Source of the DNA: a phage
Direction: 5' to 3' (one strand)
Assembly: GCA_032986305.1 (NCBI GenBank)
Contig: GCA_032986305.1_3672.1
DNA length: 64,000 bases
Shown here in pieces: positions 9,858-19,347 of this stretch. The position numbers were made by a program, and so were the translations under genes. How positions within the stretch are numbered: position 1 is the first letter of the stretch; every line of letters begins with the position of its first letter. The notes beneath the pieces were generated by a model, which did not search any database, had not been told where the DNA came from, and saw only the letters and a program-made list of their open reading frames with translations.

Positions 9858-10714
9858 AAGTTGTAAAACGGGACGGTAGAGAAGAGGTCTATAACGGAAT
9901 TAAGGTGATCAAGGCGGCAGAGTCCGCCTTACTTGAGTCTGGACATACTGAAGAAGAAGCTTACCGGATCGCCTGCGCGGTTAATGAAGTTGTTGCTAAC
10001 AATCTACCAACCGACCAGTGCACGATCTCTGTAAAAAATATCCATATCCTTGTTGAAGACGCTCTTATGGATATGGGTTTAAAATGTGCAGCCAGAGAAT
10101 ACATCCAGTATAGGCAGACAAGAGATAATAACAGAGAGGCAGGTGGAAAACTGCTTGCAGATATTAGTGGCTTCTTGGATCGCACTTGTGATGAATTTAC
10201 AAAAGAAAACGCAAATAAGCCTACCAATCATGTACACACTCATCGTGACCTGCTTGCAGGCATCCTTAGCAAACACCTTGCATCAACACAGATCCTGCCA
10301 GACCGTGTCTCAGAAGAGCACAATAAAGGCTTCATCCATGTGCATGATCTTGACTACTTGATCAGTCCGTTAACAAACTGTTGTTTGGTAAATTATCCAG
10401 ATATGTTGGAAAACGGATTCAACATTGGTAACGCCCATGTCAGTAAGCCGAAGTCAATAGGGGTTGCAACAACAATCCTTAGCCAAATTTCTAGTGCAGT
10501 AGCTAGTGCTCAGTATGGGGGTCAGACTATGAGCCATATTGATCATTATCTGGCACAGTATGCTGAGGCGACCTATGAGAAGAATCTTAAATTTTGCCAG
10601 GAACACTGGTTGCCAGATGCTGAGACTGTTGCAATGCAAATGACAGATAAAGACGTATTTGACAGCATGCAGACTTTGCTCTATCAAATCAATACGTTAA
10701 CCTCTGTCAACGGT
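9854..10714 (+). CDS. nrdD: anaerobic ribonucleotide reductase NrdD, exon 1
   Basis: ATP-cone start MKVVKRDGREE..., conserved NCCLVNY; frame stops at TAA that begins intron-like sequence. Confidence 0.8.
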
Positions 10715-10962
10715 TAACAAACTGGCCGTTTTAAAACTCTGCTAACCTCAGTATGAGGGGTCAGCTGATCGCTGGCTAACGGGGAACGCTAAGGCGAAAG
10801 CTATGCCAATCCCGTGACTAGCTTCACAAGGAGTGAGGCGGTTGTAACGACTAACCTTTTGGTGTAGGGATTATGGAAGATTCCGAAACGCAGAGGTCTG
10901 ATTAAGAATCACACGGTGTGATTTCAGGCAAGAGATAGTCTGGCCTTGTGGAAACATAAGGG
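10715..10962 (+). mobile_element. group I intron 1 in nrdD (ORF-less; boundaries approximate)
   Basis: Contains CUAACGGGGAAC...CAAUCCCGUG core resembling P3-P7 of T4 td/nrdB/sunY-type introns; flanking frames are NrdD-like. Confidence 0.55.
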
Positions 10963-11271
10963 TGGGGACCGCAAACCCCTTTTATCACATTAAGTTTAGG
11001 TCTGGACACCTCAGTATTTGGTAGAATGATTACCAAAAACTACTTGAAAGTCCACAAAATGGGTCTTGGTGAAGAATGTATCACACCTGTGTTCCCTAAA
11101 GTGCTGTTCTTCCTAGAAGAGGGTGTCAACATGAACCCTGGAGATCCTAACTATGATTTGAAACGTTTAGCTCTGGAATGCTCTGCAGAGCGGATTTATC
11201 CTGACTTTGTTTCTGTTCCACTAAATCGTAAAGTGACAGGCTCGACAGATGGCAAAGTAACGAGCATGGGT
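10963..11271 (+). CDS. nrdD: NrdD exon 2 (inferred)
   Basis: In-frame segment (…GQTPFITL…ITPVFPKVLFFLEEG…YDLKRLALECSAERIYPD…) completing an approx 710-aa NrdD when joined to exons 1 and 3. Confidence 0.55.
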
Positions 11272-12033
11272 AAACTATAACTGCTCATGTAAAATCTATC
11301 TAAACGGGGAAACTCCAGAACGGACAATCCCGTGCTAAACGTAACAGAACTCCTGACCAAGAGGAGTCCTGAAATGAGAAAACAAATTCGTGATTTTGAA
11401 GGTTATGAAATTGACGAGATGGGCAATGTTTATTGCACCCGCTACGAAAATGAAAGAATTATTCATTCGTGGGAAGAGATAAACACAGGTTACCGTCTTG
11501 TTAGGATACGCAAGAACAAAAAGACTGTTTGCCTAAGGGTTCACAGACTTGTTGCTGAAGCGTTCTTACCAAATCCAGACAATTTACCCTATGTTAAGCA
11601 CAAAGGGGACAACAGGAAAGATAACAGTGTATACAACCTTGAGTGGGGAGCTTGCCCAGACAATACGCAAGAAGGATACAACAACAACTGTTATGCTTTT
11701 TACACAAGATGCCACGGTGTGAAAGCCACCAACAAATTAACTGGTGAGGTTTTCCACTTTAAAAGTCTGAGATGTTGTGCTGATGTTTTAGGAGTGGATA
11801 GAAAAAGAATATCTGCTATCCTGAAACGTGGTGCGCCTAATAACTATGATTACGAGTTCTGTTACGAAATGCCTAACGACTAACCGTGATGAATGTAGCG
11901 GTGTAGGGTGTAAGCCGATGACACTCGAAATGGTAGACACACTAAGTGTGAAGATATAGTCTGATCTGCATGGGAACATGCAGCAGCACGTAAAGGTGCG
12001 GGGGTGGACTTGCGAACCACCCTGAACATAATG
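11272..12033 (+). mobile_element. group I intron 2 in nrdD carrying HNH endonuclease ORF
   Basis: 5' part AAUCUAUCUAAACGGGG...CAAUCCCGUGCUAAA and 3' part GAUAUAGUCUGA...GCAUGG...CAUGCAG...AUAAUG strongly resemble T4 td-type group IA2 intron core. Confidence 0.65.
11374..11883 (+). CDS. intron-encoded HNH homing endonuclease
   Basis: HNH_3-type motifs GYRLVRIRK...VHRLVAEAF...HK.G...DN...NLEW; SD AAGAGGAG before ATG. Confidence 0.8.
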   Translation: MRKQIRDFEGYEIDEMGNVYCTRYENERIIHSWEEINTGYRLVRIRKNKKTVCLRVHRLVAEAFLPNPDNLPYVKHKGDNRKDNSVYNLEWGACPDNTQEGYNNNCYAFYTRCHGVKATNKLTGEVFHFKSLRCCADVLGVDRKRISAILKRGAPNNYDYEFCYEMPND

Positions 12034-12996
12034 TGTAGAAGTTTCTTATCGAAATATAGCGACCCTGTAACAGGCGAGGAGAAATACCTTGGCAGATTTA
12101 ACTTAGGCGTTGTTAGCCTTAACCTGCCAATGATTGCGGCAAAAGCCAAGACGGAAGGTGTTGATTTCTTTGCAGTTCTTGACGAATACTTGGATCTTGC
12201 ATACGAGGCTCACCTTGTAAGGGTTAATCGTCTAAAAGGAACAAAGGCAGGGCAGAACCCCATCATGTGGTGTGAAGGCGCTCTTGCTCGCCTGGATCCT
12301 GAAGAGAGTGTTGATAAACTCTTCTATGACGGGTACGCTTCCATCAGTATTGGGTATATTGGTGTGTATGAAACCTGTCAGATTTTGGGTAGAGAGGGTG
12401 ACAAGGCTTTAGCTCTTGGAATCCTTCAGCACATGAGAGATGCTTGTGAGCGATACAAGAAGGAAAGTAGACTAGCGTTTAGCTTGTACGGCACTCCTTC
12501 TGAGAGTCTATGCTATAAAGCTGCAACCTGTCTGGATCGTGAATATCCGGAAGTGTTGAAGCACGAGCATGAATATCTCACCAACAGTTTCCATCAGCCA
12601 GTATGGATAAATAGCTCTCCTTTTGATAAGTGGGAGTATGAGGAAGGTTTTGCTATGATCTCCTCTGGTGGCAACATCGGATACGTAGAAACACCTAACC
12701 TGAAAAACAACCTGGATGCTTTAGAGGCTCTTGTTGACTTCGGGTATAAACATATTATGTACTTCGGTATAAACCAGCCTGTTGACCAATGCTTCAAGTG
12801 CGGTTTCCAGGGAGAATTTAAAGCCTCTCCAAGAGGTTTTATATGCCCTTGTTGTGGAAACCATGAGGAGGGAACGATCAGTGTAATTAGACGTGTGTCT
12901 GGATACCTTTCCAGTCCTAACTCCCGTCCTTACAATAAAGGTAAGCAAGCGGAAGTTATAGAACGGGTTAAGCACTATGGAAGTTGTAGTTGCTGA
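12034..12996 (+). CDS. nrdD: NrdD exon 3 (glycyl radical domain)
   Basis: C-terminal zinc site CFKCG...CPCCG and glycyl-radical motif RRVSGYL. Confidence 0.8.
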   Translation, partial: CRSFLSKYSDPVTGEEKYLGRFNLGVVSLNLPMIAAKAKTEGVDFFAVLDEYLDLAYEAHLVRVNRLKGTKAGQNPIMWCEGALARLDPEESVDKLFYDGYASISIGYIGVYETCQILGREGDKALALGILQHMRDACERYKKESRLAFSLYGTPSESLCYKAATCLDREYPEVLKHEHEYLTNSFHQPVWINSSPFDKWEYEEGFAMISSGGNIGYVETPNLKNNLDALEALVDFGYKHIMYFGINQPVDQCFKCGFQGEFKASPRGFICPCCGNHEEGTISVIRRVSGYLSSPNSRPYNKGKQAEVIERVKHYGSCSC

Positions 12997-13062
12997 TACT
13001 TGACAGAAGCCACAAGGATGTGGCATACTTGGCTAATCTATGAGAACCAAGAGGGATCAAAG

Positions 13063-14019
13063 ATGCCTAGAGGAAAACAACTTACAACTGAAGAATTTAC
13101 AAAAAGAGCTAGAGAAGTACATGGCGATAAATATGACTATTCAAAAACCGTATATAAAACTGCTAAAAGTAAGGTTGTAATTGTATGCCCTGTTCATGGT
13201 GAGTTTACGCAGATCGCTGGACATCATATCCTTGACGGTAGTGGGTGTCCTAAGTGTGGTAGAGTGCCAGTAGGCAATAAGCTTAGAAACGATTCTAGTG
13301 ATATTATCAAAAAATTTGTAAAAATCCACGGTGACACCTATGATTATTCTAAGGTTGAATATGTTAACTATAAAACTCCTGTAAAAATTGTATGCCCTGA
13401 GCACGGAGTGTTCTTGCAATCCCCATCTAACCATTTGAAAGGCCAAGGGTGCCCTGAGTGTAGTAAACTCATTAGCGCAGCAAAAAGGAATAAAGGCCCT
13501 GAATTCATAGAAAGAGCCAAAGAAATCCATGGCGATAAATATGACTACTCTTTTGTAGATTATATGACTTGCGAAGATAAGGTAGAGATAATCTGCAACA
13601 CTTGTGGAAATCACTTCACCCAGACACCTTCTTGCCACCTGTCTGGTCGTGGATGCCCTAAATGTGCCAAAAACGGTTTCTTATCTCACAACTATGGGAA
13701 GCTTTACCTCATGGTTGATAACTTAGAAGCGCCAACACTTATGAAGATTGGTGTGAGCGTCAATGTAGAAGCGAGGAAGGGAAGGATATTAAGAGCATCC
13801 AAGAAGGCTGGTGCAGGTATTTATGATCTCCACATAGTAAAAACATGGGGCGGATCGACTGAAAACATGCTGAGTGTAGAAAAATCTGTGCATGAAGCCT
13901 TCAATAAGTATAAAATAAACTTCTCTAAAGTATTTAGTGGAAGCACTGAATTCTTTCACTACAGACCTGAAGTGTTTAGCATAGTGGAAGCAGTATACAA
14001 AGAGATCTGTGGTAAATGA
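13063..14019 (+). CDS. free-standing homing-endonuclease-like protein (Zn-ribbon repeats plus T5orf172/GIY-YIG-like C-terminal domain)
   Basis: Three repeats of HGDKYDYS...CP.HG.F......H..G.GCP.C, C-terminal KLYLMVD...MKIGVS....R motif. Confidence 0.55.
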   Translation: MPRGKQLTTEEFTKRAREVHGDKYDYSKTVYKTAKSKVVIVCPVHGEFTQIAGHHILDGSGCPKCGRVPVGNKLRNDSSDIIKKFVKIHGDTYDYSKVEYVNYKTPVKIVCPEHGVFLQSPSNHLKGQGCPECSKLISAAKRNKGPEFIERAKEIHGDKYDYSFVDYMTCEDKVEIICNTCGNHFTQTPSCHLSGRGCPKCAKNGFLSHNYGKLYLMVDNLEAPTLMKIGVSVNVEARKGRILRASKKAGAGIYDLHIVKTWGGSTENMLSVEKSVHEAFNKYKINFSKVFSGSTEFFHYRPEVFSIVEAVYKEICGK

Positions 14020-14071
14020 TCGTAGAAAGATACACATGTCTTAAATATGCTATTAACTAAGGAGGTGCAGT

Positions 14072-14188
14072 ATGTCATCGGGTATCTATAAAATCTGCAA
14101 GTGCGGTTGTCATTGTAATCTTCGTTGGTGCAAGGCACTGGACGATTTTATTTGGCATTGCCCTAAATGTGATGCGGAGTATCTATGA
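14072..14188 (+). CDS. small zinc-ribbon protein (38 aa)
   Basis: SD AAGGAGGTG before ATG; CKCGCHC...CPKC; stop overlaps nrdG start (ATGA). Confidence 0.4.
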   Translation: MSSGIYKICKCGCHCNLRWCKALDDFIWHCPKCDAEYL

Positions 14189-14658
14189 ATATTGCCGGAT
14201 ACACAGAAATATCTTACACCGAAGGGCCAGGTATTAGAACTGCCTTATGGGTATCTGGGTGCCCACACGCTTGCCCTGGTTGCTTTAATCAGGCATTTTG
14301 GTCAAAAGATAAGGGGAGAGAGTTTACTGAAGAAGACTTGCAAAAAATCTTGTCAGATTTAGATAACCCGTCTGTGTGCGGTATCTCTCTGCTGGGTGGA
14401 GAACCCTTAGCATACTATAATGAGCCAGATATTATTAGCCTGATGGAGAAAATTAAGGAAAAATTTGGTGACAAGAAAACTATTCTTGTATATACTGGGT
14501 TCACATTTGACCATATCTCTAGTGATGTTCTTAAACTGGCTGATATCATCATTGACGGTAAGTATGTAAAAGATTTACCAACCAAGAAACCGTTCCGAGG
14601 TAGTGATAACCAAAGAATGTTTAAAAAAGTATCAGGCGGTTGGGTTCAGGTAGACTAG
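14185..14658 (+). CDS. nrdG: anaerobic ribonucleotide reductase activating protein NrdG (radical SAM)
   Basis: Radical-SAM cluster motif CPHACPGC near N-terminus, approx 157 aa. Confidence 0.85.
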   Translation: MNIAGYTEISYTEGPGIRTALWVSGCPHACPGCFNQAFWSKDKGREFTEEDLQKILSDLDNPSVCGISLLGGEPLAYYNEPDIISLMEKIKEKFGDKKTILVYTGFTFDHISSDVLKLADIIIDGKYVKDLPTKKPFRGSDNQRMFKKVSGGWVQVD

Positions 14659-14662
14659 TTGT

Positions 14663-14691
14663 TGACAAAGCTTTGTTAAGTTGGTTATAAT
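14663..14691 (+). promoter_or_regulatory. consensus sigma70 promoter TTGACA-17-TATAAT
   Basis: Perfect -35 and -10 hexamers with 17-bp spacer. Confidence 0.55.
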
Positions 14692-14720
14692 TGTCGTAAT
14701 GAAAGCAGAGGAGGTGCCAA

Positions 14721-14834
14721 ATGGCTAAAAAAGCCTTGAAGAAGGCGTACAAGAAAGAGATTGCGCTTGAGCTTAAGAAAAAACACAAGCGTGAAAAGAA
14801 ACATCATGAGGATGAAGAGGGGGTGCAACAGTGA
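14721..14834 (+). CDS. small lysine-rich protein (37 aa)
   Basis: SD GAGGAGGTG before ATG; stop overlaps next GTG start. Confidence 0.4.
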   Translation: MAKKALKKAYKKEIALELKKKHKREKKHHEDEEGVQQ

Positions 14835-15181
14835 CACAAGAACGTATCGATTTGGCTAATAAGTTTGTAGATCTCATTTTGCCACGGTTAGTTACTCAAC
14901 ATGCAGACGCTATTTCTACTAATCTTGATGGCTTACGCCTAATGCTGAATCGCACAGATGACCCTCGTATTCGGGCTGATTTAGAAGCCTCTGCCAACAA
15001 ACTGGAAAAGTTCTTGCAAGTAGATACGCAAGAGGCCTTACACAAGATTATGGTGGAAGGTTTCTCTAAAGAATTTACCATTAAAGAGCTTAAGGAGCTG
15101 ATCCACCAAGAAGAGATGAATATCCGAGTTCAGGCTGTTGCAAGCAGCATGGAAGCGGCTATTGAAAAACTGTTGCAGTAA
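14831..15181 (+). CDS. hypothetical protein
   Basis: GTG start after GAGGGGG. Confidence 0.45.
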   Translation: MTQERIDLANKFVDLILPRLVTQHADAISTNLDGLRLMLNRTDDPRIRADLEASANKLEKFLQVDTQEALHKIMVEGFSKEFTIKELKELIHQEEMNIRVQAVASSMEAAIEKLLQ

Positions 15182-15219
15182 AAGTGCTTGGTACATCTCA
15201 ATCTGAAAGGAGTCCCAAC

Positions 15220-16008
15220 ATGGGTCGAGCTAAAGAAACAAAACGCATGCGTGATGAAGCTAGAGAGGCTCGCAAATCTGATCGCCTGCGTAAGGCTGCT
15301 GAGAAATTTGCTGACGAACGAGAGCACACCGCTCCAGCTCTCCGACCAATGAATAAGAAGCAGCAAAAGTATCTTGATTATCTAGGGTCACGTAAGATTA
15401 TTATTGTAAACGGTGTGTTTGGATCCGGTAAGACATTCATGGCATCTGCATATGCAGGTGATCTTCTGCGTAAGAACGAGATTGATAAGATCATTGTTGC
15501 ACGTCCTTATGTACAGACCGGAAAATCAAGCGGATACAAACCGGGAACGTCAATGCAGAAGCTTTGGCCTTACCTTCGTAGTATGATGGACACTATTTGT
15601 CGTCGTGTTGGCAAAGGTGCTTTTGCCGCAATGCTAGGAGACGGTCAGAACAGCCGTATCGAGATTTGTGAAGTTGAAAGCATTCGTGGTCGTAGTTTCG
15701 ATGAGCGATGCTTTGTCCTGATTGACGAGGCACAGCAAACTAACCCTGAAGAAATGTTGTCAATTATCACAAGGATCTCTGATCAGGCAACCCTTGTAAT
15801 TATGGGCGATAATAGCCAACGTGACATCCCTGGTAAATCTGGCCTTGCATGGGTGACGGATTTCTTTACTCGTCATCCAGATCCTGAGGTTGGAATGATC
15901 AGCTTTGATAGTCCAGACGATGTCGTTCGTTCCGGGTTGGGTCGTCAGATTGCACTCAATCTTATTGAGGATCGTGCAAATCATATTTGGACCCCTGTTT
16001 CCGAGTAA
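15220..16008 (+). CDS. phoH: PhoH-like ATPase
   Basis: Walker A GVFGSGKTF and typical PhoH length/organisation; SD AAAGGAG. Confidence 0.85.
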   Translation: MGRAKETKRMRDEAREARKSDRLRKAAEKFADEREHTAPALRPMNKKQQKYLDYLGSRKIIIVNGVFGSGKTFMASAYAGDLLRKNEIDKIIVARPYVQTGKSSGYKPGTSMQKLWPYLRSMMDTICRRVGKGAFAAMLGDGQNSRIEICEVESIRGRSFDERCFVLIDEAQQTNPEEMLSIITRISDQATLVIMGDNSQRDIPGKSGLAWVTDFFTRHPDPEVGMISFDSPDDVVRSGLGRQIALNLIEDRANHIWTPVSE

Positions 16009-16052
16009 TACAGAAGGGTGGTTATTCCACCCTTAAATATCTAAAACAGTTG

Positions 16053-16081
16053 TTGACAAATAGGCAAGCTTTAGATATTAT
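16053..16081 (+). promoter_or_regulatory. sigma70-type promoter TTGACA-17-TATTAT
   Basis: Consensus -35, 17-bp spacer, near-consensus -10. Confidence 0.5.
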
Positions 16082-16109
16082 TATCGGACAAAACAAGGAG
16101 GAGGACAGT

Positions 16110-16421
16110 ATGGCTACAATACAAGAGAAACTGAATAAAATATACTGCCTGTTTGTCTATAACGGCGAGACAATTTTGGCAAATAAAGGATCCAAGAATG
16201 TGTGGATCAAGGACAGTGGTGGTAATATAATCAACTTAGCGTTGCTACGTGAGCGCCGACACAGATTCTTTATCGAGTCTCGGATTATTGAAAGCAGCAC
16301 CTGCTACAGAACAGGCGATAAAGTAATTGTTGACAATGATACGTGGTATGTGGTAGACTGGCAATCATTGAGTTGTGATGCTTCTGACAATCGTAAGTAT
16401 TCCATAGTGATTGCTAAATAA
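16110..16421 (+). CDS. hypothetical protein
   Basis: SD AAGGAGGAGG before ATG 16110. Confidence 0.45.
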   Translation: MATIQEKLNKIYCLFVYNGETILANKGSKNVWIKDSGGNIINLALLRERRHRFFIESRIIESSTCYRTGDKVIVDNDTWYVVDWQSLSCDASDNRKYSIVIAK

Positions 16422-16481
16422 AGGTAAATGTGAATCAGGTTTAAATAAATAGCTTTCAACTTCCAATATTAAGGATTTCTC

Positions 16482-17531
16482 ATGAATTTAACACCTCGCA
16501 GCACCATGGTACACGGCATGAAAGAAAAACAGAACGGTTTCGAACCTATGAGTAATAAAATGTTTGGTATGCCGGGCGGTATCATGGAAACATACAGCTA
16601 CCCAACACCTGTTGTTGACCACGTTCTTTATATCGACGATTTGGAAGACCTACAGGATCATATGTCTCGTCTGCAGACGATCCGTATGGCTCAGCCGGAA
16701 GAAAGCATTCGGGTAATCATCAATAGCCCTGGGGGTTGCGTGCACATTGCAATGGCTTATCTGCAGGCATTCCGCGAGTCTCAGGCAAGCGTTGTTGCAC
16801 ATGCTGAAGGGATGTGCTGCTCTGCTGGAACAATCCTATGGCTGGGTTGCAAAGAACGCACCGTGGCTCCGGACACAGAGTTTATGTTCCACTACTATCA
16901 AGGCGGCACTTATGGTAACGGTGTGAACATGAATACTCAGGTCAGCTACTGGAAAAAACGTTTCGAACGCCTGATCGAAAAATACTACGGTGGGGTGCTT
17001 ACAGAAGATGAGATCGCATCCATCACAGCTGGTGGCGAAGTGTGGTTGGACGGAGAAGAGCTGGCAGCACGCACTGGAGCTATTATTCTGGATGAAGGCA
17101 ACATACAACGCATCCAGAACGGACAAAAACCGAAAAAGCTTCTGGCAAAAGGTGATGAAGAAGGCGTGTTAGGTGAAGCAGGTCTTCCGGAGATTCACCA
17201 GTGCACATCTTTAGATGAGTTAGTTCATGCTGTTGAATCTGCAAAAGCGGGTGGTTCGAAAGGTGATGTTCACACTGTGTTCCTGAATCTGCAGATGGAG
17301 AGTGGCGAGACCGTCAGAATTGCCCTGGGTGAGATTACTTCAGAAGATCTGCAGAGATTCTCTGTCGTTGAACTTCAGGATATTCTGTCTCAATTGAAGA
17401 CTACTCTGAACGGCGGTGAAGAGGTTAAGGTGAAAGATAAGACTCGCAAGCGTCTGGTGGACAATATTATTAAAACAGCAAAAGAGCTCAATGAAAAAAT
17501 CCTGGGTGCAGGAATTGTCGAAGAAGCTTAA
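16482..17531 (+). CDS. ClpP-family serine protease-like protein with C-terminal extension
   Basis: Motifs IINSPGGCV and GMCCSAGT resembling ClpP INSPGG and active-site serine region. Confidence 0.55.
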   Translation: MNLTPRSTMVHGMKEKQNGFEPMSNKMFGMPGGIMETYSYPTPVVDHVLYIDDLEDLQDHMSRLQTIRMAQPEESIRVIINSPGGCVHIAMAYLQAFRESQASVVAHAEGMCCSAGTILWLGCKERTVAPDTEFMFHYYQGGTYGNGVNMNTQVSYWKKRFERLIEKYYGGVLTEDEIASITAGGEVWLDGEELAARTGAIILDEGNIQRIQNGQKPKKLLAKGDEEGVLGEAGLPEIHQCTSLDELVHAVESAKAGGSKGDVHTVFLNLQMESGETVRIALGEITSEDLQRFSVVELQDILSQLKTTLNGGEEVKVKDKTRKRLVDNIIKTAKELNEKILGAGIVEEA

Positions 17532-17543
17532 ACATTAATTCTA

Positions 17544-17567
17544 AAGCCCTCTTCGGAGGGCTTTTAT
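17544..17567 (+). terminator. rho-independent terminator (UUCG tetraloop)
   Basis: AGCCCTC-TTCG-GAGGGCT followed by TTTATGAT. Confidence 0.55.
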
Positions 17568-17582
17568 GATCTGGAGATTTGC

Positions 17583-18116
17583 ATGACTTGTGCTAGAAAA
17601 CCTGATGAACAACGTAACGCCTACGATGAGTATGTGACACCGGAGTGGTGTGCAGAAGGGCTGTATGACCTTATTCCGTTCCCAGAAGACTGGACCTACT
17701 TAGAGCCTTGCAGGAATAGTGCCTCAGGTGTGTTCTACTCCCGTATGCCGTTAGGATCTGCATGGGGAGAAATCCAAGAAGGTGTTGACTATCTGAATAC
17801 AGAATACAACCATGTTGACTGTATTATCACCAACCCACCATACAGCCTGGCTCGTGAGTTTGTAGACAAGGCGTTGAAAGATGCTGACGTAGTTATTATG
17901 CTTTTGCGTCTTAATTTTCTGGAAAGCAAAACCAGATTCGAATGGTGGCTTGATAATGCACCTACCACTGTGATCACAATATCTAAGCGCCCGTCATTCC
18001 AATCCAATGGTAGAACGGATGGGCAGGCATATGCATATTTTGTATGGGACAAGAAAAACCGTCTAGACTTGCCGCCATTTATGTGGTTGGCACCACCAGA
18101 GGCAGACTTGAAATGA
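17583..18116 (+). CDS. DNA N6-adenine methyltransferase (small, NPPY type)
   Basis: Catalytic motif CIITNPPYS. Confidence 0.55.
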   Translation: MTCARKPDEQRNAYDEYVTPEWCAEGLYDLIPFPEDWTYLEPCRNSASGVFYSRMPLGSAWGEIQEGVDYLNTEYNHVDCIITNPPYSLAREFVDKALKDADVVIMLLRLNFLESKTRFEWWLDNAPTTVITISKRPSFQSNGRTDGQAYAYFVWDKKNRLDLPPFMWLAPPEADLK

Positions 18117-18397
18117 AAATGAGTGCTAAGGACAAGTTGCACCAGTTAGCGCTAAAACGTCCTGTAACGCTCCCTGACGAGCTTAACTCCATTTATGATG
18201 CGATTGTAGGGGAGATACAAAATAAAGCGTTAGCAGGCTTTCTGGGATGCGGATTTTCGATAAATCTACCCTCACATCTCTCAGATTACTTCCCACACAT
18301 TGTTGGGGATTTGAGGGCAGGAGGTCTGCAGGTGGATGTTGTTGGCATCTCTCCGGAGAAAAATAACACAGTTGCCTACTTGACAGTGACCTGGTAG
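18113..18397 (+). CDS. hypothetical protein
   Basis: ATG overlaps upstream stop (ATGA). Confidence 0.4.
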   Translation: MKMSAKDKLHQLALKRPVTLPDELNSIYDAIVGEIQNKALAGFLGCGFSINLPSHLSDYFPHIVGDLRAGGLQVDVVGISPEKNNTVAYLTVTW

Positions 18398-18434
18398 TAG
18401 TGTATTTTGTTTTCAACAAGAGGGGGGGTCATCC

Positions 18435-18674
18435 ATGTATAAGTCATTTTCAATTTACTCAAGACAGGCAAAACACTACACAGAGATTCTGATCACTCAG
18501 AAAAAATCTGTAGAAGGTGAGTGGGAATATCATCATAAAATGTTGCGTCCAGACTGGGTTTTTGATAGACTTATTGCTATGATCCCTCTTGGAGAAGTAT
18601 ACCCTATGACAGGCCATAGGGATGCTTGGGATTTAATTGACTATATAGATTCATTTAAGGAGCCCAGTGTATGA
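18435..18674 (+). CDS. hypothetical protein
   Basis: SD GAGGGGGGG before ATG. Confidence 0.4.
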   Translation: MYKSFSIYSRQAKHYTEILITQKKSVEGEWEYHHKMLRPDWVFDRLIAMIPLGEVYPMTGHRDAWDLIDYIDSFKEPSV

Positions 18675-19069
18675 AGATTGAGATCACTAAAGAAGGTAAG
18701 AAAGTGTCTGGAGACTATGCAACAGTAATTCGAGATTTAATGTTTGAAACCACCAAGTTCGGCACATCTAAAGTTGGTCAAACTGTTAGTGTGCAAGGTA
18801 ATATCGTCTCAGGAGAGAAGATAATCATCGTAATAAAAGGCCAGGACCCTGTAGAAGGGACAGTGGGCCGAGGAGGCTACCTGTGTATCTCTGAAGAGCC
18901 TCGTATGCTAGTTGCTGATAACTCTACAGGTAAAAAGCGGGTATGTAACACGGACGAGGTGATGATTATCTATCCAGTCAACCCAGATGATCCGGCAACA
19001 TGGATTGTGGGAAATGAAATCTTCTCTTTAGAAGAGTTATCCTTCCCAGCTCCGCGCTCTGTTCAGTAA
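18671..19069 (+). CDS. hypothetical protein
   Basis: SD AAGGAG; overlapping stop/start. Confidence 0.4.
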   Translation: MKIEITKEGKKVSGDYATVIRDLMFETTKFGTSKVGQTVSVQGNIVSGEKIIIVIKGQDPVEGTVGRGGYLCISEEPRMLVADNSTGKKRVCNTDEVMIIYPVNPDDPATWIVGNEIFSLEELSFPAPRSVQ

Positions 19070-19108
19070 TAATTTATCTTACCAGGGACGGTAGAAGTAG
19101 GAGGTAGC

Positions 19109-19342
19109 ATGAAAGTTAAATTTCTTACAGATTTAGGGTACCCTTCCTTGGTTGACTGCATTGGTAAAATTGTGGAAGCAAAACGGCTATCTGCAAACGA
19201 TAATGTTGTCATGGTTAAGGGAAAAGATTTATTAGCTGCAGGTGCAGAGTCTGGCAGGATCTCTCCTGACTATACATATTACCTATCTTTAAGTAATCTA
19301 CCAGAACGAGGTGGCAAAGGCCTTGAAGTTGTGGAGGAGTGA
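19109..19342 (+). CDS. small protein, MKVK.../DLLAAGA paralog family
   Basis: SD GTAGGAGG; shares N-terminal MKVK and K.KDL(I/L)AAGA motif with ORFs 22783 and 22997. Confidence 0.45.
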   Translation: MKVKFLTDLGYPSLVDCIGKIVEAKRLSANDNVVMVKGKDLLAAGAESGRISPDYTYYLSLSNLPERGGKGLEVVEE

Positions 19343-19347
19343 CAGGT

